Virus record (IMG/VR): IMGVR_UViG_3300012979_000003
Coordinates: 1 to 64,000 of that record
Direction: 5' to 3' (one strand)
Length of the DNA: 64,000 nucleotides
Source of the DNA: a virus
Taxonomy: Duplodnaviria > Caudoviricetes
The notes beneath the pieces were generated by a model. The model was not told where the DNA came from and did not search any database. It saw only the letters and a program-made list of their open reading frames with translations. Below, piece by piece: positions 39,134 through 48,789 of the stretch. A program made the translations under genes and the position numbers. How positions within the stretch are numbered: position 1 is the first letter of the stretch; each line of letters begins with the position of its first letter.

Positions 39134-40591
39134 ATGGTAACAAAGACAGTTGCATGGAATAGTGGAAGTGGTGTCATTACCTTGACTTATACAGGTCAGG
39201 GTAATGGCTCTGTTTCTGTCAAGAGCGATGCTAATGATAGTTTCGATGAGAGAAGTCAGAATCTGAATATAGTCACTACTGCTGGTAGTCCTGAGAAGGC
39301 TGTACAGGCGCTTGTGAAGCAAGCGGGAAAGCCGCTTGGCTGGACTACTAAGGATTTTGATTATACGGGTAGTGTACAGGAGGTCACACTGCCAAAGGGA
39401 AGATATAAGTTGCAATGTTGGGGCGCACAAGGAGGTAGTGTGACAGGAACTTATGCTGCTACTGGCTCCAAAGGCGGATATTCTGAGGGTATCATTACTT
39501 TGACGGAGACTACTACTCTGTATATCTTCGTAGGAGGACAAGGAGCGAGCTATACAAGTGCTGCAAGTCAGACATCCACTACTGTACTTAACGGAGGTTG
39601 GAATGGTGGTGGAGCTGGTGTGAGGACATCAAGATATAGCAGTGACGGAGTTGATGGAAGGTCATTTCCAAGAGGTGGTGGAGGAGCCACTGACATTGCT
39701 ATTGTAACATCATCTATGAGTTATCTTAGTGGTAGGACAAACAGAAGTTCACAATCGCTATTAAGCAGAATCATAGTTGCTGGCGGAGGTGCTGGCGCAA
39801 GTGCAAGCCACACAATAAAGACAACAACGGAGAAAGAGTTAGTCTCAGCTAAATTGCTGCCCGTTACAGTATGGTGGACAGACGGAAGCGGAAGAAGATG
39901 TGCACAAATACATATTACAGACTTGAGTATTTTCGATTCTTCGTATAGATATGCGCTACACTCTTCTGTAAGTGATAATGTTTCGCTTGTAACTTTTAAT
40001 GTGCAAGAAAAACTTGGAGGAGCATTATTAACAGGTCTCAATATAACGCTGGATGAACCATTTACTCTTCCTAATATCCCAAGTAATGCTACGTTTGCGC
40101 GATTTGACATTAGATATACAAGTGTGTCGGATGAAAGCAGTGTAACAGCCGAATTGCTCAAGGAAGTAGTAACTACAGCCGAACAAGAATCATCAAGCAA
40201 GTCAACTACTTACCAACATGGCGGTGGTGTTCGCGGGCTTGGTGTATATCCAGGAAAGGAATCTTCTGCTGGGAATGGGGCTGAATTTGGTAACGGAGCG
40301 AACCAAATAACAACCAACTATCGTTATTGCGGAGGTGCTGGAGGTGGAGGCTGGTATGGCGGTGGCACTAATCATGGAGACAATGATGCAAATTATGTGC
40401 AATATAGCGGTGGAGGTTCAGGATTTATCAATACAGCCGCCAATGCGAGTTACAGGCCGAGTGGATATACTGGATTGCAGCTTGATAGTGGCAGTACTAC
40501 GGCAGGAAATAGTTCTCATCCTTCTGTGAGTGGTGGGACGGAAGTAGGGCATAGTGGTAATGGTTATGCGAGGATAACGGTTATAAACTAA
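39134..40591 (+). CDS. BACON + glycine-rich domain tail/receptor-binding protein
   Basis: YKLQCWGAQGG, LYIFVGGQG, GGGGATDI, RIIVAGGGAG and GGGGWYGG are Gly-rich domain motifs. Confidence 0.8.
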   Translation: MVTKTVAWNSGSGVITLTYTGQGNGSVSVKSDANDSFDERSQNLNIVTTAGSPEKAVQALVKQAGKPLGWTTKDFDYTGSVQEVTLPKGRYKLQCWGAQGGSVTGTYAATGSKGGYSEGIITLTETTTLYIFVGGQGASYTSAASQTSTTVLNGGWNGGGAGVRTSRYSSDGVDGRSFPRGGGGATDIAIVTSSMSYLSGRTNRSSQSLLSRIIVAGGGAGASASHTIKTTTEKELVSAKLLPVTVWWTDGSGRRCAQIHITDLSIFDSSYRYALHSSVSDNVSLVTFNVQEKLGGALLTGLNITLDEPFTLPNIPSNATFARFDIRYTSVSDESSVTAELLKEVVTTAEQESSSKSTTYQHGGGVRGLGVYPGKESSAGNGAEFGNGANQITTNYRYCGGAGGGGWYGGGTNHGDNDANYVQYSGGGSGFINTAANASYRPSGYTGLQLDSGSTTAGNSSHPSVSGGTEVGHSGNGYARITVIN

Positions 40592-40596
40592 AGAAT

Positions 40597-41220
40597 ATGA
40601 GAATAGAAACTACAGAAACAAGTGTAAAGCTCATTGAACATTACGAAGAAAGAGGTCAATGGGCTGTGCGTTGGGACTTCAAGAAGAAGCCCAACGAGGA
40701 GGGTGTATATTTTTATGAGGAGGAAGTGTTCAACTTTATTCCAACAATAGAAGACATTCAGCAAGTGATAACAGAGTGGCACAACAAGCAGACTGACGGA
40801 GTAATCAAACATGGCTTTGTGTGGAACGGTATCAGTGTATTGCTGACTGACGAGAACAAGTTCAACTATAAGGCCATCACCGATGAGGCGGCAAGACGTG
40901 AGACTGCCATCGCCATTTGGGACAAGGAGCATCCTGAATTAGCTGGGAAAGATATTATTTTTGTGGAAGGTGTAGATGAAGATGGTAATGCTGTTCAGAT
41001 TGCCGATCCCACAGGAAGACCCCAATCGTTGCTTCCTGTAACGCTGAAACTTGGAGAGAACAATCTTCCTGAGAATTTCCACACGTTTACAACCTTGTCT
41101 GAATTGCAGGATTTCTTCAGTGCTGGTGTTGACCATTTGATTAGCGCGTATTGGGCAGGATGGTACAAGATTGCCACGTTCGATTGGATACCGTACGTTA
41201 GATCACTAGACCAACTGTAA
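40597..41220 (+). CDS. Putative tail fibre assembly/chaperone protein
   Basis: 207-aa ORF directly after the Gly-rich protein. Contains GFVWNG..V.LTDENKFNYKA. Confidence 0.55.
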   Translation: MRIETTETSVKLIEHYEERGQWAVRWDFKKKPNEEGVYFYEEEVFNFIPTIEDIQQVITEWHNKQTDGVIKHGFVWNGISVLLTDENKFNYKAITDEAARRETAIAIWDKEHPELAGKDIIFVEGVDEDGNAVQIADPTGRPQSLLPVTLKLGENNLPENFHTFTTLSELQDFFSAGVDHLISAYWAGWYKIATFDWIPYVRSLDQL

Positions 41221-41244
41221 GCAAAGTGCGTAATGATGTGAAGT

Positions 41245-41676
41245 ATGAAAATTGTTGTTTGTAGGTTTTACAAAGGACCTAAATATACTGTAGGTAAATT
41301 GTATATAGATAATAAATACATCTGTGATACAATGGAAGACAAAGATAGAGGTCTGACTCAAGATATGCCTTTGACTGAAATAAAGAAGAAGAAAGTATAT
41401 AGTCAGACAGCCATACCTACAGGTACATACAAAGTAATCGTTAATAATTCACCTAAGTTTAAACGCAACCTGCCTAGACTACTTAATGTGCCCGGGTTTG
41501 ATGGCATTCTCATTCATAGAGGTAATACTCACGTTGATTCAGCAGGCTGTATACTTGTTGGTGAGAATAGGCTGGTTGGTAAAGTAATTAACTCTACCAA
41601 ATATGAAAAACTGATAACAGAGCTGCTTACCGCAGCATAGAATAGAAATGAAGAAATAACAATAACAATAAAATGA
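41245..41676 (+). CDS. DUF5675 family protein (putative endolysin/peptidoglycan peptidase)
   Basis: YTVGKLYID...CDTMED...AIPTGTY...GILIHRGN...DSAGCILVG. Read through TAG 41638 to TGA 41676. Confidence 0.8.
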
Positions 41677-42596
41677 AAACATTACAAAAGACATATACGG
41701 GCAAGTATGCCTCTAATCACTTAGAGTTTGATTATTGGATTGACTTAACTGCTGACGCAAAGGGTTCTGTTATAAAGACTTATAGTGGAATGGGTTGGAC
41801 AGAGATAAGTGGTAGTTCTGGCGGATCTGATGGTAGCGGTATGAGTAGTACTACATCAAGGTTGTTAATATCAATCTTACGCAACGGTGTATATGACTCA
41901 GACATGTCTTCTGCGATAAATGATTTGGAGAAACAGCTGAGTGTGTAGAGTAACAGAACTTTAATCAGTATATCTGCTTTATACTCTGGTGGAGAAGTTC
42001 CAGTAGGTACAGCCGTCGGTAATCTGAAAGACTTGATTGTGACAGCCCACTATTCAGATGGAACAAAGGAAGACATAACAAATTATACAATACTTGGTGA
42101 AATTGTAAAAGGTGACAATACCATTACGGTTGAGTATCAGGGGAAAACTGCAACATTTGTGGTAGTTGGGATATCTGTAGAATTAACCGGCATAGCGTTG
42201 GGTGCAAGTGTTTCATTTGAAAGTTCCAACGGAATGACTATTTCAAATAGAACAGATCGTGCCACAGCATTGCCGGTGGGATAGTATTTAACAAAAGGTA
42301 AGACTTACAATTTTAGTCTTGGTGAGTTCAGTGACGATTATAGTTACGGAATTCAAATAATGGTTGTATCCTCAAAAGGTTTGGTATTTGAGATAGACGA
42401 TATTGAAGGCATTCAATACTTCCCAGAAGTATCTTCTCGTGAATTAGATTCTGGTTGGCTGACTGCCGATTATCAGTACCCCGCTACTAAAGATAACAGA
42501 ATATTGTGTATTAATTTTAAGAAGAACGCAGGCGGTAACTTTTCAGAAACAGATAGGATAAATCTCATTAATAACTTTAAGATAGAAGAAGTATAA
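41673..42596 (+). CDS. Ig-like (Big) domain protein (2 TAGs)
   Basis: LISISALYSGG..PVG...LIVTAHYSDGTKEDITNYTI. Joins ORFs 41673, 42033 and 42360. Confidence 0.7.
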
Positions 42597-42598
42597 TC

Positions 42599-43435
42599 AT
42601 GGTAGATTTTTTCAATGGCACAGGTGATCAGATAAGATTAAATGAAACCGTTAACCAGAAGACTAATGCGATTAACTCTATTAACATAGAATATGGTCGT
42701 GCAAATAATTCCAGCTATTACTTGATTCGCATACCAAAGTATACCATAGATGGTAAACACATTGTACCCAAAGTGGCAATTACTTCTGAAGACGGCAGTG
42801 TTGGCGGTGCGAAAGTGTCTGCGTTAGATTTTGCAAAACGCGAGAACACTGTATTTACTTTGAATGCTGGATTGTTTAACACATCTTCTATGAAACCTCA
42901 AGGGTAGACCATTATTGATGGAGTGTCTATAACAAACACCCCAATGGAAGACGATATGGGTACCGCGATTGCTGACGATGAGTGTTATCCGTTATGCATT
43001 GATAAAAATGGTGATTTGTCTGCACCATATGAACGTAGTGTTGACACATCTGCCATGATTGCGGATGGTGTTAAGTATGCGGTGACCGCCTGGGGTCAAT
43101 TTATTGAGAATTATGCAAAAGCTGATTCTAGTAAGTTTGATGAAATAGTACATGCTGGCGCATATGTTCGTCAAAGCATTGGTTAGTTTCAAAATGGAGA
43201 CTATTTCGTATGTACATGTGACGCGAAGAAAGGTAGTATTACTACTAATGAATCCGGTATGACATATGATCAACTGGCTGATCTGCTGATAGCAAAAGGG
43301 GTAAAGTTTGCTTATTCTCTCGATGGGGGAGGCAGTGCAGAAACAGTAATTGGAAATAGACAAATAAATCCGATATTTGAAGGTGTGTCTGGTAGGAAAG
43401 TTCCAACAGTCATTTATTTCGAAGTTGTTGAATAA
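42599..43435 (+). CDS. Phosphodiester glycosidase (NAGPA-family) protein (2 TAGs)
   Basis: LNAGLF, RQSIG(Q), GMTYDQLA, AYSLDGGGS and RKVP motifs. The LDGGGS motif lies downstream of the second TAG. Confidence 0.85.
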
Positions 43436-43542
43436 CAACGGCTATTACTGAACAATAAACAGAAAGTCGCGCTAGCAACATAATTTAACATACTTCGTTA
43501 ACATGTTACTTTCAGCGACTTTCAGATATTTATAAATAAGAA

Positions 43543-44028
43543 ATGGTACATAATGTAGGAGAGACAACAATGACACTAGTAAAGAGTATATTTGCATCTC
43601 CAGATCGGTTGCTCGGGTGTCTATGTTCAGGAATCATTTCTTTGTTTGCCCCTATCTACATTGCAATCTTATCAGCCTTTTTCTTTATAATTGCTGATTG
43701 GGTTTACGGATATAAGGTCTCAAAGAAATACAAACGACGGAAGATAGAATCGAGCAAGATATGGAAGACAATAAATAAGATGACTGAAGCAGTCATGCTT
43801 ATTGTTGGAGCTCATATAGTTGATTCATTTGTTGTAGTATCGTTAGACCTACATGCCGTAGAGTTTGTGGCCGGACTAATATGTTTCACTGAATTCTGGT
43901 CAGTACTTGAATCACTCAGTGATTTGCATCCAAAAGGTCCGTGGAGACTATTAAAGAAAGTTATCAAAGCAAAGGGTGAAAAATACCTGGAAGTAGATAT
44001 ATCAGACAAAGACTTACAGAACCTATGA
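43543..44028 (+). CDS. Phage holin
   Basis: Three hydrophobic segments, IESSKIWKTINK and EFWSVLES. Confidence 0.8.
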   Translation: MVHNVGETTMTLVKSIFASPDRLLGCLCSGIISLFAPIYIAILSAFFFIIADWVYGYKVSKKYKRRKIESSKIWKTINKMTEAVMLIVGAHIVDSFVVVSLDLHAVEFVAGLICFTEFWSVLESLSDLHPKGPWRLLKKVIKAKGEKYLEVDISDKDLQNL

Positions 44029-44654
44029 CAGTATTATCAGTGTTAAGGTCCTTTCATAATAATTTCAAAATAATCGCAGTAATTATCATATCGGTATTAT
44101 CTGCGATTATTTTTTTACAGAAAGGTACCATCGAAAGAAAAGATGCAGAGATAGCTAGACAGGCAAACAATATTGCCTACTACTAGGATCAATGTTCTAC
44201 GGAAAAGTAGAATAACAAAATACTACAACTGACTATTGATGAGCTACACTATAGTAAAGATAGTATTTTACAAGAAATTAACAAAGTAAAAGAAGAACTT
44301 AAAATCAAAGATAAAAGCCTTAAACGGGCACTCACTGTCCAAACACATATGACAGATACTATCAGAGATACTGTAACTTTGGCTTGTAATTTCACCAAAG
44401 AACTTAAACCTAATTTACAGACAACTATCACAGTTATTAGGGAAGACTCAAACTTGACTGTAATACCAGATATAAAGAACGAACAATACTTATTTGTAAC
44501 TAGTGAACGTAAATACAGACGTAAGTACAAGAACTTTATATCACGACTTTTACACTTTGATTTTAAAAAAACTACTGCATATGAATATCAAATTGTAAAC
44601 AGTAACGATCTCATAAACATAACAGATAGTAAGGTAGTTGAAATATCACATTGA
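44025..44654 (+). CDS. Putative spanin-like lysis protein (N-terminal TM + coiled coil, 2 TAGs)
   Basis: ATGA overlap with the holin. TM segment IIAVIIISVLSAIIF. In frame with track ORF 44349. Confidence 0.6.
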
Positions 44655-44682
44655 GTATTAATCAACTTAATTAATCAATAAT

Positions 44683-45273
44683 ATGAAAGAGAGAATGTTT
44701 AAAAAGCATATGTACGAACATGGTCCTCATTTCGACGAGAAACTAGCTCGTAAAGCAGTAGAACATATGAAAAATGAAGACGGTACTCACGGAGAACACT
44801 GGTCTATGGAACAAGCTCATAAGCTTGCAGAACAGTACGGTGTTAACGTGAAGGGTGACTTCAATAAGTATGACTGGTATGTTGCTTTGAACATGGTATA
44901 CTCAGACTTCTACAGGGCAGTTGTTACTTTAACTGGTAGCAACAACCCAAAAGCATTCGTTGAACTTGCTAAGGCTTGGTTGATGGATAAAGACGTAGAT
45001 GAGGGTAAGATGTGGTATTACTACTCATTTGTCATCTGCGATAAACTCCGTGAATGTTTTGAGGAGGAAGATGACGAAGAATATGATGATGAAGAAGAAT
45101 ACGGCTTCGGATCAAAACACCGTAGAGGTGGTCGTAGAGGCGGTATGAGAATGCGTGGTGACATGTATGGAGATACATCATATCGAATGGGTAGTCGTAG
45201 ACGTCACAACATGTATGAAGACTATGACGACGATGACGATGATGACGTATATGAAATTCGTCATAAAAGATAA
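44683..45273 (+). CDS. Conserved hypothetical protein
   Basis: 196 aa containing HGPHFDEKLARKAV...HWS...NKYDWYVALNMVYSD, with a low-complexity tail. Confidence 0.75.
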   Translation: MKERMFKKHMYEHGPHFDEKLARKAVEHMKNEDGTHGEHWSMEQAHKLAEQYGVNVKGDFNKYDWYVALNMVYSDFYRAVVTLTGSNNPKAFVELAKAWLMDKDVDEGKMWYYYSFVICDKLRECFEEEDDEEYDDEEEYGFGSKHRRGGRRGGMRMRGDMYGDTSYRMGSRRRHNMYEDYDDDDDDDVYEIRHKR

Positions 45274-45308
45274 TCAAAAATTAATTTAATCAATAAAAAC
45301 TTACAATT

Positions 45309-46160
45309 ATGGTAGAAGATAGAATTTATGTAGATCGTGGTTTGGATGCCGGAACTGCGGCATTACTTAACCAACACGGAAATGGATTTGGTAACGATCC
45401 TTGGGCTGCTATGGCCATGATGAATGGCGGTATGGGTGGCATGAACGCAATGTGGAATAACCCCATGATGTACCTCGTATGGTTAGCCGTACTTGGTCGT
45501 GGTGGATTCGGTGGATACGGCTACGGCAACGAAGGCAATGGATGTGGCTGTTGCGACTGTATCCAATCTCAGTTGGCATCTATCCAGTCAACAATGGCTG
45601 ACAATCAGAATACAGGTCTGTTGATGGATGCAATCAAGGGTAACGCTTCTGTTATCGGCGATTTGGCTACTAGCCTTAACTGTGACTTCAACGCTTTGAA
45701 CAGCGGTATCTGTGCAATTCAGTCTGCAATTCAGAACGTAGCTGCTCAGACTGGTTTCTCTGCAGAGCGTATTATCAACGCTGTTAACCAGGGCGATTGT
45801 GGTGTAATCCAAGCTATCAAAGACTGCTGCTGCAATACTCAACAGTCTATTTTGAAGATGGGTTACGAGAACCAGCTCGCTAACTGCAACCAGACTAATA
45901 CCCTCATCGGAGCAATCAATGGCGTAAACACTGGTCTTGAACGTGGTTTCTCTAGCGTAGCTTATGAAACTTAGAATCAGACTTGTCAGCTGTTGAAGGC
46001 TAGTCAGGATAACACACAGCGTATTGTGGATGTATTAAATAGCCACTGGAATCAAGAACTGCAGCAGAAGTACGATTCAGCTCGTCTCGAGTTGTCTCAG
46101 CTTCGTCAGAACGCAGTATTGATTGAGGCTCTTCGTCCTACGACTACAACTGCAGCCTAA
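45309..46160 (+). CDS. Gly/Met/Cys-rich coiled-coil protein (1 TAG)
   Basis: Contains IKDCCCNTQ...GFSSVAYET(Q)NQTC. Read through TAG 45972 to TAA 46160. Confidence 0.75.
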
Positions 46161-46173
46161 TCTATATATTAAC

Positions 46174-46204
46174 AAGGGCTACTTCGGTAGCCCTTTCACT
46201 TTTT
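46174..46204 (+). terminator. Rho-independent terminator
   Basis: AAGGGCTAC-TTCG-GTAGCCCTT followed by a T-rich tail. Confidence 0.8.
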
Positions 46205-46208
46205 AATC

Positions 46209-46658
46209 ATGAATTTCAAAGACTTAAAAGTAGGCAATCCGGTTTATATACTTGAGAGTGCCGGTACATTCTTAAAGACGAATGTATATTATGTTGGTAC
46301 AGTTTCCAACATTGGTGGGGTGTATGATGATAACACCATCAATAATCCTTACTTGTCTCCATCACTTAAAAAGAAATTAATAGACATAACCGTAAGTTGC
46401 AATGGTATATCCAAGAAACTTACTGTAAATGCCGACAAAGATATAATGTGTGATGCTGCAATCGGTTTGACGATTGCTACTAACAAATAGCAATTGGTTA
46501 ATCAAGTAACCAGTTTGTATAGGGACTGTGAATAGAAGATAGCATCTATTGAATATTATAAGACAGAAGCTGACAAATGTAAACGAATCCTAGACCAACT
46601 GAAATCAGATGATCCTATTTCACAAGAGATTGAACATGATAGTATAAAGGTAGACTAA
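46209..46658 (+). CDS. Hypothetical protein (2 TAGs)
   Basis: Open frame to TAA 46658 when TAG is read through. Confidence 0.7.
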
Positions 46659-46766
46659 GGTCTACCTTTTTTGTTATAAGGGCTATAACAATTGTATTAG
46701 TGGTTGATGACCAAATTACTTTTTATGGTTTTTTACGTTACGCTATTATATTAATATATTATAGTC

Positions 46767-47447
46767 ATGACTTTAAATAACATTATTGATGATATCTTAC
46801 TTATTGCACGCAACAGTAGTATATCTGAATCTGAACACTTATCTAGAGTATAGGTAGAATAGTGGATTCATAGCTACAGAGCAAAGCTAATAAAGGAAGA
46901 TATAGATAAAGGTAGAGATATCAATCCAATGTATCTCACCACAATCAAAGATATTCATTTGGATAAAGAGTAGTACGTAGATGGCCACTACGTATTTAAA
47001 GGAGATAAGAAGCTCCCCAAACTCATCGACTTTCATTATATGCCTGGCGTAGTTGCCGTTAAAGATAAATTTGGCAATCTTATTTAGATTGGTTCTGAGA
47101 CAAAGATGAAGTTCCAGAAGTATCGTAAATACAATTGCCACGACTATATTGCATATATCAAAGGAGATGACCTGTATGTTGACGGAGAATAGGACTTACT
47201 TGAGTATGTTGACATCGATGTTATTGCTGAAAATCCTGCAGAGCTTGCTGATTGTTATGATCCAAACAGTGAATATCCTGCACCTGCCGCGATGATTCCA
47301 ACAATAAAGGAATTGATATTTGCCAAAGAACTTGGTATAATGCAGTAGAACTATACGGATACCACTAACAATACGTCAGATGACCTTCAGGATGGCACTG
47401 TAGCGGCTGCTAATCGACTTAAACAAGCTAGGAGGAGATCAGTATGA
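46767..47447 (+). CDS. Tail ring-type structural protein (226 aa, 6 TAGs, absent from the ORF track)
   Basis: MTLNNIIDDILLIARNSSISESEHLSRV(Q)VE(Q)WIHSYRAKLIK...ENP...YP.P. ATGA overlap with the next gene. Confidence 0.78.
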
Positions 47448-47893
47448 CAGAGACTAAAAGTCACACTACAAAGGATTTCTATGCGTCCTACAAGGCTAAT
47501 ATAGACCCTGATACAGTATATGATGTAGATTACAAGGTCTATAAACAAATATTGATAGATTACTTTAAGTTCTTAAGGGATGAGGTCATTGAGAACAGCA
47601 AAGAAATAAGGTTGCCGTGTAGATTAGGTTACTTAAGTATAATAAAGAAAAAGCCTAAAACTTATACAAGTGGTAGCCTTAGAGTAGATTATCATGCTAC
47701 TAAGCAGTACGGTAAGGTAATTTATCATTTAAATGAACATAGTGATGGATATAAATACAGAGCTTATTGGAGTAAAAAAGACAGCTTGTTAACCAACAAG
47801 ACCAAATACTAGTTCGTATTAACTAGATACAACAAACGAAGATTGGCTCAGATAATTAAGAATCGGGAACACGATTTCGTAGAAATTTATTAA
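47444..47893 (+). CDS. IHF/HU-like protein of the crAss tail module
   Basis: EIRLPCRLGYLSIIKKK...YHLNEHSDGYKY. Read through TAG 47810. Confidence 0.7.
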
Positions 47894-47894
47894 C

Positions 47895-48788
47895 ATGGTA
47901 GATAAATTAATAAGTTCTAGCGCCGTAGTTGCCAAAGTAATTGCAGATAACAATCTTCAAGAAAAAGATATGCGTATCGCAGATATACGTGCTTGGATTG
48001 GCGAAGCTGTTGAAAAGATCGGCGCTGTAACTCAATTAGACCACAGAGTTGCGATTATAAACATCAAAGGATATTAGGCGTAGTTGCCATGCGATTTGTA
48101 CAAACTAGACCAAGTAGCCTACTCAAGTAACGGGAAAGGATGGTTGCCTATGCGTAAAACTAGTAGTGCATTTCCTGCACAGTTGAATCGTCACAGTAAG
48201 TGTCATAACTGTGAAACAAAGATGACGATACCCGATGAAGCTATATTTCAACTCACAAAGACATTATTCAATCTTACTGATGACGCAGCAGCGTTAGCCA
48301 AATTAAATGAGAATCCTGGCATACGCTCAACATTAGCTACTTTAGTGGATAACCATACCGTAGATGTACGATATGGTTTTAAGCGTTTACATACGTATCT
48401 TCAGTACGATGTCAAACCTGGGTACTTAGTATGTCCTATGTGTGATGGACAACTTAAAGTATCGTATTATGCAATACATACTGATAACGAAGGTATGCCT
48501 ATGATTCCTGATATGTAGTCATATCAAGAAGCAATATACTGGTATGTTACTATGAAGATGTTTTACCCTGATTACATGAAAGGTAAAATACCTCAGTACA
48601 TATACAATGATATGAAAAACTCATGGAACTTCTATGCCAAACAAGCATATGCCGAAGCAATGCTCCCTAATGTGGATGGATTAGAATCTATATAGAATAA
48701 TTGGAATAGATTAGTACCTGATTTAGACGACCACGATGAATTCTTTGATCATCTTGGTGATGAAGAAATAATTTATAATTGGAATTGA
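47895..48788 (+). CDS. Tail tubular/ring protein (P22 gp4-like)
   Basis: Position between the IHF-like gene and the stabilization protein. Contains WIGEAVEKIG, LPCDLYKL and G.PMIPD. 4 TAGs. Confidence 0.72.
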
Positions 48789-48789
48789 T

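Noticed and set aside
38828-39541. 237-aa minus-strand ORF (and similar antisense ORFs such as 19481..19939 and 42992..43438)
   Set aside because: They are shadows of well-supported plus-strand genes and carry no recognisable motifs.
31480-41220. Diversity-generating retroelement targeting tail genes
   Set aside because: No reverse transcriptase and no TR/VR pair differing at adenines is visible.
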